Shown: positions 1 through 11,740 of the stretch, piece after piece
Layout: each line of letters starts with the position of its first letter
Numbering within the stretch: position 1 is the stretch's first letter
NCBI RefSeq assembly: GCF_022045235.1
Contig: NW_027266343.1
Coordinates: 30,442,001-30,506,000 of the forward strand
From: Haliotis cracherodii
Lineage: Eukaryota
DNA: 64,000 nucleotides
Direction: 5' to 3'
Made by a program: the position numbers and the translations under genes
Notes under the pieces: generated by a model
The model's input: the letters and a program-made list of their open reading frames with translations, nothing else
Database searches by the model: none
What the model was told of the DNA's origin: nothing

Positions 1-244
1 TGTTCCCTTATTTCTTGCCATCAGTATAACAGGTATATGAACATCACTTCTTGGCTTCTTCTAAGCAATGTAATTGCACACCAAATGTGGCTGGCAAGAA
101 ACCAAAAATGTTGTTCTTTATTTAGTTAGATGAAAACTTCAACTTTCAATGATTCAAAGTAAACACAACCCTAAACAGAGCTTGATGCACATCCCACTTT
201 GTTATCTACACTGAGTAAAACGTCTACATTACCTGTCTTCAGAA

Positions 245-488
245 ATGGAGACCCTTTAGGGCCATTTGCTTTTATATATTTTTCTTGAAATTCCAAGATA
301 CGAAGTTGAAATTTCAAGATGCTAGATTTCAAGATTCACTGCAACATGTTTGCAACTTGTCAGCACCAGTGTAATAAACGAACAAACATGTACACTATGT
401 AAATGTGTTCCGAGGAAGCTCATTATCTTGAAATTTCAAGATCATTATCAAGAAAAACATAAGTTAATGGCCCTAAAATCATTCCATA
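245..488. mobile_element. MITE-like element with terminal inverted repeats
   Basis: Ends atggag..tttagggccatt and aatggccctaaa..ttccat; internal ttgaaatttcaaga repeats. Confidence 0.6.
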
Positions 489-3374
489 AACATCTTCTGC
501 AAAGGAACTAATCAAGCAGTTCTTACCCTAGGCAAATATACATTTTAATGACAGCATGGAAAAATATAAATTTTTAATAAAAAAATAGTAATGCACAATT
601 TATGTGTATCAGTGTATCAATGGACAAACATTCCTTGAAATATCACATTTTTCACAACCTTTCCTTGACGCAACAAACATGTCGTATCTAACAATTATAT
701 ACATTGAAAGGTGCAGTATTTACAAAGGTGAGGTTAAAACCGTAAGGTCATTTTGAGTATCAATGATGCCAGCACTGGTTTGAGATCATCCTCATTAATC
801 AGGGGGGTGTATTTTTCACTACTCCACAACACTGAGCTGACATGCCTTGGGTCCCTATTACAGTGTTCTTAATCAGGACATTCTTCTTCATCAGAAGGGA
901 GCATCATGAATGATGCTGACATAACTATCTCCCCTTAAGTGTTCACAGCATCTTTTAGCCAAGCAATTTCACCTACTTCTTTCAGAAAATTATACACTGT
1001 AATTACAAAGCCTTTTTCATGACTAGAACAGATAATTATTAGTTTGAACCCTGGTTGAATATCTCCCTTACAATTAACAGTAGTTGTCAAATGCAATCAG
1101 AGACCAACAGCTGATGTGACTCATGTCTATTGTAATGCATCAGTCAAGATATCAAACCTAGAGCTCTCTGAAAACACATTTCCCCACATTCAGATGAGGT
1201 GAAACATGAAACAAAGACAACAGCTGGCGATACCAAACCTAAATCTGATATCTTTTAACTGGCAATAATGCTTGGGATGCAGCCAGCTGCATGAGCGCAT
1301 TATGGTATTGAATTCAGCAATACATTACACACCAAACTATAGGAAGTAGGAATTGATTGTATACCAACACAAAAAGCATCGCTTACAATGGAAAACCTAT
1401 GGAACTCGCACTATGCATAACACTAGTGTGTTCAAAACGTATAACAAGATGGTGTTTAAAAGCAAGTATATAGCAGCGGTATCTGAGTGACATTCATTAA
1501 TCTGAAAATGGTAGATTTATTTGCACATCAGTTGGCTAAAACATAATTATTATTTTTAATATGCAATTCAATTACATTTTTTTTAATTGTGTTGAACAAA
1601 CACTGCCCTCCCTATTCGACGAACTCATCTTAGCACAACACTAATGGTCCAAATGCTAACATTGCTTTCCAGAGCCCTTCAACAAATTCCTACATAATTT
1701 TGCGACCTTTAGTGATCAGCGTTTGTTTTTCTTTCCAAATAAAAAACATTGAGCCTATTTCATTGGTACATGTACTTAGATATGTACGAGATGAAGCGGG
1801 TATTGTGGTGTATACCTTATTGTGAACAGTATATCATGGAGGATATCGTCAATACATACAAGCTTGTACAAACTAAGTTCCTCCTAAATTGTAAAAGGTA
1901 GTATGTGCCGAAATCTGGTTGAAAAACATTGTTGAATGGAATTGGATATTCTGACTTTGTAGTTCACATGAATACCTTTCTTGATAACTCTTCCTTATCT
2001 CAATCCCAAATTTCAAAAATGTGCCATTCTGCTTGGCTAAATGGCATTTTAATTAGCTATCCCTCTGTGTTTGTATGCATGTGAGAACAACTTTGATTTA
2101 AGGTACACATTCTGCTAACCAGGAGGCATTTAAGGTTGATTTTTTCTACATTCTGCTAACCAGGCAGGTTCAGTTACTTTAGAAGCATGTGATGCCATCC
2201 ATTGCATCATGACTTCATAGCATTCCAAGACAACGCATTCAGTTCCAAATGAAATTTCTCAGATCTGAAAAAATGTAATGATTAAAGTACTTTCTACAAG
2301 CCTGTAAAGTATTGACAAGGCATCAGGGCTGGAATGTAACAGCTCAATCATGGTCCCTTCTAAACATTTCTGGTAGAGTGTCAGTGACTGTAGCACCTCA
2401 TTTGCACTATACAAGACTGACTATACAACCAGGTCGATGCTTGGGTTAAAATCAGAATATATCCCACATACTGTATTTGTCGTATCAAGAACCCACTTCC
2501 TGTGCCTGATCTGACGAACTTCAAGACCAATCTTTACGTATTCTTCATAAGCACCCCTTATTAGACTGAAAATTTACATACATGACAGTCCATATTTTCT
2601 TGTGTATATTACAGATTTGTTTTTAAAGAAAAGAGCAGCAACAGAAGGGGTATATAATTGCCAAGTAACCACTATCATAAGTTTGATTGGTGTCTGGTCA
2701 CTACTGTTCGATCTCTGAAAACAAATTGTTGTGTGTAGTTTTAATAAGCACTCCCCTTTGTCCATTTTGTTAGAACCAGGGGCTCTTATTACAGTGAACT
2801 AAAATCAGCAGCAGTTGACTAGATGAAGCTAATGACAGGAAAATAAGCAACACAAAAATCAGCACAAATATTATCACTATATTATCACTAAACGAGTTTT
2901 GAATTATAAATTCCTAAACAGAAAATGCTGAAAGCAATGCGGACCTTCCAATAATAGAGGGTTTGTGGGCGATGCAGGTTCTTCAATTATATTGTGTAAT
3001 TATTACTGAACCACCTCAATGGTCACCCCTCCCTCACTGGTCTACTTGGTCCCCCCCCACACACCCACACACCCACAACCCCCTAAAATGATATATCCCT
3101 TGAGGAAATTTGTCAAATATCATGAAGAAATAATGAAATACTCTGAAATAAGAACAACCAGGTGACTTGTCTGTTTGGGCCAACTTTTTAACAAACATAA
3201 ATATACATTGCACTTTAACCCACAGATCCACACCAGTGGAGATTTGGCTTCAGATCTCATTCCATGGGATGTCTTGACTCTGCAATGAAATAGGTACAAT
3301 TCATAATTGTGTAAAACAGAATATATTTGATTCATGAATGACATTACAACCATAAGGGTATTTCCCAAACTCTA

Positions 3375-4050
3375 GTCCAATAATTCTGTTACACATCACT
3401 TTCATCCAATAATTCTGTTACACATCACTTTTGTCCAATAATTCTGTTACACATCACTATCGTCCAATAATTCTGTTACACATCACTTTTGTCCAATAAT
3501 TCTGTTACACGTCACTTTCGTCCAATAATTCTGTTACACATCACTTTTGTCCAATAATTCTGTTACAAATAACTCAGTCCAATAATTGTTACACATCAAC
3601 TTTTGTCCAATAATTCTGTTACACATCACTTTTGTCCAATAATTCTGTTACACGTCACTTTCGTCCAATAATTCTGTTACACATCACTTTTGTCCAATAA
3701 TTCTGTTACAAATAACTCAGTCCAATAATTGTTACACATCACTTTTGTCCAATAATTCTGTTACACATCACTTTTGTCCAATAATTCTGTTACACATCAC
3801 TTTCGTCCAATAATTCTGTTACACATCACTTTTGTCCAATAATTCTGTTACACATCACTTTTGTCCAATAATTCTGTTACAAATAACTCAGTCCAATAAT
3901 TCTGTTACAAATAACTCAGTCCAATAAATGTTACACATAACTTTTGGCCAATAATTCTGTTACACATAACTCACAGTCCAACAGTTCTGTTAAACATAAC
4001 TCACAGTCCAACAATCCTGTTACAGAGGACTTTTGTCCAATCATTCTAAT
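3375..4050. repeat. About 28-bp minisatellite (gtccaataattctgttacacatcacttt), about 24 copies
   Basis: Visible tandem array just downstream of the Cyclin J stop. Confidence 0.95.
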
Positions 4051-4210
4051 TTTAAAACTTTGTTAAAACAAAGTACAAGGCAGTCTATAATAAGCCTCCC
4101 ACCGTTGAGTGAGTACTTGGACAGAAAGTGAGTTTTGTTTCATTTACAGCTTGGTGCTGAACATGTCAAATACAGTGCTGATACAAGCCAAGTGTACTGC
4201 AATAGTTTAC

Positions 4211-4430
4211 CTATGAGAGAGCCAGCTGTCCAAGGGGATGAATATGAGCTGTGGTAACATGATGAAGATGGTGGTTGTAGGCAACCCAGTGAGGGTGGGG
4301 ATGAGGATGAGGATGGATGACATGGGGGTTGTAGTACGTCGTGGAGATGGTCGGTGCAACATACTCCACAACTGGCGTCACCACCGCCGTTGCTGTCATA
4401 ACCTGGTTAGCTTCATCCCGCTGATGATAT
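4211..4430 (-). CDS. CCNJ: Cyclin J last coding exon (His/Pro-rich tail)
   Basis: ttcag|A TAT CAT CAG encodes YHQRDEANQVMTATAVV...HPHPHPHPH...LALS*; phase matches the previous exon. Confidence 0.85.
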
Positions 4431-7400
4431 CTGAACAGATAGGTATCATAATAAGAAATAAAGGAAACTCAGGGGCGTACAAGGAGAAGATGCTGCTTTT
4501 GTATTTTCTGGAGATGGTGAATTTGTTTTGAAGACAATCATTTTCACAAAACATTCTTTTCAGCACACCCAGATGAGTGAGTGAACTGGGTTCAAGCCGC
4601 TTTCAACAGTATTCCAATTATATCACAGAGTGTCAGCTTCATCTGGAAGGAAAGCCCATAGTGATGCAGTACTTTTACCACTTCGTTTAAACCCACGAGC
4701 AAGGGTATGGTGCTGAAAAACCTAAAATCATAATTCCGGATTTGAACCCACAATCATAGTTTCAGGAGTGCCCAAGGGCTGCAACACACAGCAAATTAGA
4801 CGACTGAGCCACTCATGCCCCACTAGGTCAGATGAGAGCAGCTCAACTAACAAAGCTCAACCATCTAACACTGCTCAACTGACACTGCTCATATGGCAAC
4901 TTTTTGAAGAACACGCAAAATCTGAAATGTCAGATTGATATTTGTTCCCACCTACATAGTTGGCCCTATGGTGCAATCAATCAAGACGTAATCAAGCAAG
5001 CCATGTACCTCAGCATCAGCTGCATGCAGGGCAGGAGCTCCTCCAGGTAGTAGTCTGTCAGCAGCATCATGTGTTTGGGCCAGGTCGGCGACAGATGGAG
5101 ACATATCCGCGACGCTGCTATACATGCAGCCGCGGTCAGGGATGGAGGATAGTCACGGAATGTGTGATCTGAAACACCACAGAAAACAACACTTATAAAA
5201 TGAATTACTGTTATCTACGAGATAAACCATTCTGATATACATGGTAGCTCAATCCAACACAATGCAAATGAGGTACCCATAGCTAACAGGAACTACTTTT
5301 AATAAGGTCCATGCATCTATGCAATGTCTACTTGCTCAATAAATTGTTGCCTAAAGCTCCCAATATGTTTAGAATTTGTTTTGATGTGTGGATGTTTCTG
5401 TTTACAAACATGGCTTCAAATCATTTTGCAGTACATAATAATTGGGGTGGTTCACTCCAGCACTTTATGTAAAGTTGCCTCTGTGATTGAATTTATGTCT
5501 TAAACATTGATTATTTTTTAAATGATATTATATGATAGAGTGATTATTATGTATAACAATCAATATTTTGGTGGCCAACAGCTTGCATGATGTTATTCCT
5601 AATATGATATTTATGATATGGAAACAAGCCTGGCTAATAATCTCTATGTAGCCAAACTAGTGGTTGTTATGATGAGCAAAATTCCACATCAACAGGGCAT
5701 GATGTCATACTTTCAACTAATTCAGTGCTTCCATAGCTCCATGACTCTTTCAACATGCACTGGAGTGGTGGGGACCAAGAGTCCTAACATGTACTTACAA
5801 ACTCATTTAGATAAGTGTTACAAGTCTGTTAATGAATATTGTAAACCTATAGAAAGAGTGTTCTGTGTTGTGATTGGCTAATTTGGGTCACATGACCAAA
5901 TGTCAAAGAGTGAAAATATGATTTGCTTCCCCTGAAGCAAGCGACCGAATCACTGTGTAGGAATACACAATTACTCAGCATTTTTTGCATACTAATTAAC
6001 AATGGACGCAATTTGAAATACAACATTAACATTCATAACAAATATTTTGATTTTCTCTATTCATGGGATTTTAAATTTTTAATTAAAATTAATATCCAAA
6101 GTGAAATTAATTGTGTGAAAAAAATGTACAAAAGATGAAACAGTAAAAAGCAGTTAACAATGATCGTGTGTACTTTCATTCAAGGACCTTCACCTCAGAG
6201 AAATTACCAAATATGTACAACAAATCTGTTGAAGTTTGACATCACTACCGGTGACCGAGTTTTACAAAATGGCTTGTTTAACTGTCAACAGTGCGCGGGA
6301 TTTAACGAGGGGACTTTCGTTGATTCAGGGATCGTATATACATAAATGTGACATGTAAGTAATCAGAAACATTCTGACAATCTGTGTTCTGTTTTTTGTT
6401 GTTGTATTTTTCATTGAAACCAACGTAAATAGTCAGAAATTCTGATAAATACCGTTGTCGTTGTGTGTGATTTTGCGTCAGTCATGGCGTCACACAGGAC
6501 GGGAACTTCAACAAGTTCTGTTGAAAATATCAAATTATTGCAATGTATATATGTTTAATTCCCTAATTCTTCCTACGATTCTCTTCCCGTGTATATTCTG
6601 AAAATGCAGATCTCGAGCCAATGTACTCAACGAATAGACGAATGGCTTTGTTTACATTTCCAACAAGTGCAGTTTTTTCAGCATCCGTTTTCACACCTCA
6701 TTTATTTTGCTTCATTGCATTTAGACAATTCGTATTGGTGACAAAGACCATTTGGCATTTGATTCTAAAATGTATGAGGAATTCAAGGATGTAGGTATCG
6801 CAGCTGAAATATATGTGATGGTATTTGCGTCTCATTACCGGTGTACGTTAATTACCAAAATCACAATCACTATAGCAGCAACAGAACGTTCGATGTTGAC
6901 GCATCACAACCAAGAAAGTACGAGGTGTTAAAGAGTGCGCATGTTTTTTTCTAAATAAAACGCTTTTGGGTCTCGAGATGAATTTCCAAGATGCAAATAC
7001 TCGATAAAATCCCCGAATAGACACACATAGTATTTATCTTCTAATTGTATGCAATATGGTCAAGGGGAGATAACTTAGGTGTCAGGAACATTACCCCCCT
7101 TTGACTTTGCATCTTTAACTATCGTGCCCCACTAGGACAGATGAGACCAGCTCAACTAACAAAGCTCAACCATCTAGCACTGAGCCAAAAGAAATGATTA
7201 ATTAAGGCAGATCTTTGCAGGAAAAAAACAACTTCTTTTAGAACAAAATCTGTAGATATATAATCACTGTATATAAAATTATGCAATGATACATTATTAA
7301 CCAACTGATACTATAATCAGGACGACAGAAAGTCACCTGCGTAAAGGACATCAACTTTCCCAGTTGACAAAACGGGCATTTGCAATATGGCTGCCATAGC

Positions 7401-9671
7401 TGAATAAAACCGTGAAAGGTGTAAATATTGTATTACTAGAACTGGGGGCATGTCAAAATGATGCAAGAAAGCCATATTAAGTCAATGTCTGTTGGCTAAG
7501 TATCAATTAGACATGATTCTATAATTCTATCAGTGTCAAAAATGTTAAATATCCTATGGAGATCATGCACCATTATTTAATGGGACCTAAGCCTTCAATT
7601 CAGGCGAGCAAAAAAATGCTTTAGTTCTATAGTTTTATTAACAAAATGCACCATAATTTAAAGGGACGTAAGCCTTCAATTCAGGCAGGCAAAAACTTGC
7701 TAGAGTTTTATAAGTTTTGAAGTGTATAACACCATTTGTCAAATTCCATTTCTAGGAGCAGAAAGACAAATACCTGAATAGAGGGACTTATAGCTAAAAT
7801 CTTGAATGCTGTTGAAATCAGCTGAAAGTAAATATTCTACAGGGTTGGAAATTAAGTGAGGCCCTCCTGGAGCCATAAATGTTTGCTATTACGTATTTAA
7901 ATTCAGGGAGCCCTATAATAATTTTCCACATTAGTGTTATTACTATGACCACTGACATTAAATACCCAATTTCAATCAGGAGTCTGTATACCTTGTAAAG
8001 AGATCTCGGAGAAGTATTTAGCATGTTTCTCCAGGTATGGCAGCACTACAGTCTTGGAGACGATGGGCACCCCGTTATGTAGGTCACCCTCGTCAGCAGC
8101 TATTGTCAGGAAGTACGGGAGGAAATGGGCGGTGGTTGGAGCACTGATTCGCCAATTGTGGAACCTCAACACACTGAGTTCCATGTCCAGAAAGTCTGGC
8201 AGCAGGTATCCGTCATAGCCAAGGCTGATACCGACAGTCTTTGGGAGAAGTGAATTTAGCACAGAGGGACGAGGTAGTTTGTCAATGTGTTCTTCAAATT
8301 TACCTGAAAAATAAAATAAAATTGCTTTGAAATAGGCACTGCGGGAATGATAACAGATAGAAAAAAGCAGTGAGTGAGTGAGTGAGTGAGTGAGTGAGTG
8401 ATCCAAATTGCAGGGTTTGAAAAATTTATCTATGTTCACTAGTCTGCATAAATGGTCTGAAGGGAGTGGCCATCTACCTAATGGAAAAAAAGTAATGTCA
8501 CCATTCCTTCCTGAACTAGTGGACATGTGTCAATGTTGAACCCTGTATTAAAGCAGTAAGTATCCACATGATCACCCACACACCACATGATATGCAAGGG
8601 AAGAATACAATTCACGCCAAGGGCTATTCCCAGTAACTCTTGCCACATGTTCAGGAGCATGAGTCAGGGGAGGAAAACTGTATTTTATAATATGGCTGTC
8701 AACTTCTTAAATAGTATCTTATCGCTTAAAACATTTGAATGAAGCTTTTACAATGTACCTGCTATTTATTTATATGATATCAAGGCTGTTTGTGTTTAAA
8801 TGATACACACTTCTTCTGATATTATTAATTCAATGTGTCTCTTTGAACAGCTGGGCAAATCAGAACACTTTCAAGTTGGTTTTGTTTGTTTGTTTCTTGT
8901 TTAAGGCTGCACTCAGCAATATATCAGCTGTATGATGGCAGTCTGTAAATAATTGAGTCTAGACCAGATAATCCAGTGATTGCGGATCCTGTTAGTCGTC
9001 TCTAACAACAAGTTCAATATGCTTTCTAATTGTATTTTCGTTAAACCATTGTGTTTCAGCTCTAAGTAGGACAAACACTAAGATTACAGAGAGCAATGAT
9101 GTTTGTCACTGGTGGAACCAAAAGGCATAGGGAAGCTGCTGACAGACCAAGAATCATGGTCAAGTTGGTTCTGGGATTTCAAACCTTAATCAGATTCTAA
9201 CACAAAACAGGGATGAAACTCTGCACAGCAAACTGAAGTTTCTTAGACCATAGGGTCACCTATTCCAGGTAAATTTGGGATGCAAAACCATGATTAGCAG
9301 ATCCTGTGACAAACAAAGGAATGCAACTCTGCACAGTGACAGAACACATGGCTTCGTCATGGTAAGCGTCAAGCTACAATTTAAACACACTTACAAGCCA
9401 CACGCAAACATGTCATGGCGAGAAGATAGAGCTTGTATCTGTCGGTATCAACCGAGTCCATGTAGAAGTCGAGGAGGAAGACGGCTAGATGGAGAGTGAG
9501 GCTGGAGAGCTGGAGCTGCTCTACCACCAGTGACAACCAGTCCACCAGGTACGTGCGAGCTGACAGCTGGAAGCCCTGACTGTGGAACACTGGCAACTCC
9601 TGCTCCTTCTGCTTCAACGTGGCGTAGATGTCGGCCGCGATCAGGTTCCTCCACCACTCTATGTCCATCAT
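4211..9671 (-). CDS. CCNJ: Cyclin J, spliced CDS join(9671-9395, 8303-7992, 5168-5009, 4430-4211), 322 aa
   Basis: Exons join in frame (277+312+160+220=969 nt) at GT-AG sites. The translation MMDIEWWRNLIAADIYATLKQKE...HLAVFLLDFYMD...CKFEE...PTTAHFLPYFL...DLHNGVP...KYFSEISLQD...PSLTAAACIAASRICLHLSPTWP closely resembles cyclin J as I recall it (WWRGQLAADIH, PTAAHF, DLHDGWP, LSPTWP). Confidence 0.93.
4574..4790 (-). mobile_element. SINE family B copy (tRNA-derived, (ACTC)n tail)
   Basis: Reverse-complement similarity to 45944-46219. Confidence 0.8.
5009..5168 (-). CDS. CCNJ: Cyclin J coding exon 3
   Basis: tttcag|AT CAC ACA TTC encodes DHTFRDYPPSLTAAACIAASRICLHLSPTWPKHMMLLTDYYLEELLPCMQLML; donor AG|gtacat. 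Confidence 0.92.
6091..6835. repeat. Dispersed repeat of about 750 bp, copy 1 (probable non-autonomous DNA element)
   Basis: Colinear, same-orientation match to 29998-30774 (aatatccaaagtgaaattaattg ... gcgtctcat). Confidence 0.85.
7568..7718. repeat. Diverged tandem duplication of about 80 bp
   Basis: Two copies of gcacca..ttaa.gggac.taagccttcaattcaggc. Confidence 0.75.
7992..8303 (-). CDS. CCNJ: Cyclin J coding exon 2
   Basis: ttttcag|GTAAATTTGAAGAA (C-KFEE...) to SLQ G|gtatac; inside ORF 7972..8526. Confidence 0.93.
8369..8400. repeat. (GTGA)n microsatellite
   Basis: Eight perfect units. Confidence 0.9.
8878..9012 (-). mobile_element. SINE-like family A, internally deleted copy
   Basis: (GTTT)n tail plus cactcagcaatat..cagct and ccagataatccagtgatt. 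Confidence 0.75.
9395..9671 (-). CDS. CCNJ: Cyclin J coding exon 1 (N-terminal cyclin box); exon begins in the 5'UTR at 9769
   Basis: Start gcagccATGATGG, acceptor ttccag before 9769, donor T|gtaagt after 9395; inside ORF 9381..9743. Confidence 0.93.
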
Positions 9672-10018
9672 GGCTGCCTGTAGTGGGTGTGGTCCAGTCC
9701 GGGGAGATGCGAGGCATGGGATGGGTGATGGTCGACCAGGCACTTCGCTGCTGGGTCACGTTAGATTATCTGGAAGGAGAAGCTAGTTATTATGCATTTG
9801 ATACTGATCTGAACATAACAATCACCCACGAGGACCCCTTTGGGAGTGTTGGTTAGATTTACTTTCCAGCCTTAATGCCGCACTTGACAGGGTTAGAACA
9901 TAACACTAGCCACTAGCCCGAGGCTAGAACAAATTCCAGCTGGCTAGTACAAATGTCCCAATTTCCCAATTGTTTTAACATTATAAGATCATTCTATCGT
10001 TACCTGGGCTTGTAAAGC

Positions 10019-10282
10019 TTTGTTTGTTTGTTGTTTAATGCCACACTCAGCAATATTCCAGCTATATGACAGCGGTCTGTAAAAAAATCGAGTCTGGACC
10101 AGACAATCTAGTGATTGACATCATGAGCATCGATCCACACAATTGGGATCGATAACATGCATCAACCAAGTCAGCGAGCCTGACCACCAGATCTCATTAG
10201 TTGCCTCTTACGACAAGCATAGTCGCCTTTTATGGCAAGCATGGGTCACTGAAGATCTATTCTACCCTGGATCTTCACGGAT
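10019..10282 (-). mobile_element. SINE-like family A, full-length copy
   Basis: Reverse-complement match to 42781-43033 and 52068-52316; (CAAA)n tail. Confidence 0.88.
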
Positions 10283-11532
10283 CGCTTGTAAAGCTTTTGA
10301 GTTTCTTGACAATATTCCAGCTATATGATGGTAGCATGTAAATAATTGAGTCTGGACCGGACAATCTAGAGATTGATATTATGAGCATGCCATCTCGCTC
10401 CCTCTATAATCTTGTGTCATGTGTTAAATGAAATATTAGACAACACTGTAATTGATATTTTGTTTAACTTTCAAAATAATAACCATAAACCTTTGATGTT
10501 AATTGTGAAAATAGAAATTTATCAGTCAAGAATGTTCTGAATTTCTTGACATACGCAAGTTTTAGGTATTGTAACATGACACTGAATCAATGCAGTGGTG
10601 TAAAACAAAGTATCAATTGATATATAATTGACCATCCCAATTACAAAGCTACATTAGTTTAATTAGGACATAAATAAGGAAACAATGCTCATTCCAATTT
10701 GGAATTTATGCCTACAGTTTCAGCAGTTTGGTGGCTAGATAATCCCTACATTGATTTTTTTTAAATTTGAAAATATAACAAAGTCAAAGCGTTTTCTTTT
10801 TCTTAAACAATACATTTCTGAAAAAGACAACTGTAATGAAAATAATCTTACACTAACACTAAGCAATTGCAACACCGACCTTTGAAACAAAAGGTTCAGT
10901 TTGAAACACAAACATTCATCCTAACAAGAAGCCTAAATATAAACACATTAATGGTGGTACGTTGGAAAATATATAAAAAAACATCACATTGACCATGTAA
11001 AGCAAACAGAACAACTTCCCTATCAACACAAGCTCAATGTATCAAATATGTTACAAATATGAAAAGCAACAAAAGCCTACATTCTATAGCAGCACACCCA
11101 TCCCACATTAAATCCACACACTGCCAGATCATTCATCACATCAAGCCTATTATGCTGTCAAAGAGCTGCTCTCTGCAACTGACCTGCCCCTAGTGTCAAC
11201 TGTCAACCCAAGCATGCAATGTACATCGGGACATGCCATTGTTGGCACATGGCAAATGGGTCGGTCCAATGCCTACACCCCTATCACCTCAACACACTCT
11301 GGAGGCTATAGCACTGCCATGCTGGAGCACTGAGGTCTTCTCGTGGTGGGGGGATAATACTTTGTGTCAGGCTATTAGTCCTACACCTGAGTTGAAAGGA
11401 GAAGAACAAGAAACAAGCTCCTCTCAATGGGGCGTATTGTGTGTGTAGTTACCATATCAATTCTCACTTGACAGATAAACTTAGCTGTGGGCTCTAAAAA
11501 TTTATTCTTTGTGAATGATAAAAATATTATGA

Positions 11533-11740
11533 CAAAGCAAACAAAAATGTCTTGTGGATAACCACTTCTTTATTGTAGTGTAACTGCAACATTTTGGCAT
11601 AGATTCTTGTACCACTATAACAGAATAGGGATCTCTACTGAAACATTGCAGTTAACAGTATAAGAAAGAAGTTGTTATCCATAAAACATTTGTGTCTACA
11701 TTGTTAATTGATAACTTAGAAATACTGATCGAACAATTAA
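11533..11740. mobile_element. Inverted pair of Penelope-like pseudo-LTR fragments
   Basis: Palindromic. The right arm (aagaagttgttatccataaaa..tgtgtctac) matches 38335-38404. Confidence 0.65.

Noticed and set aside
3375-4050. CRISPR-like array of 28-30 bp repeats (also 33442 and 47448)
   Set aside because: Units are contiguous with no unique spacers, there are no cas genes, and the context is a eukaryotic gene.
8304-8526. N-terminal part of ORF 7972..8526
   Set aside because: Intronic read-through including a (CACT)n microsatellite; the exon starts at 8303.
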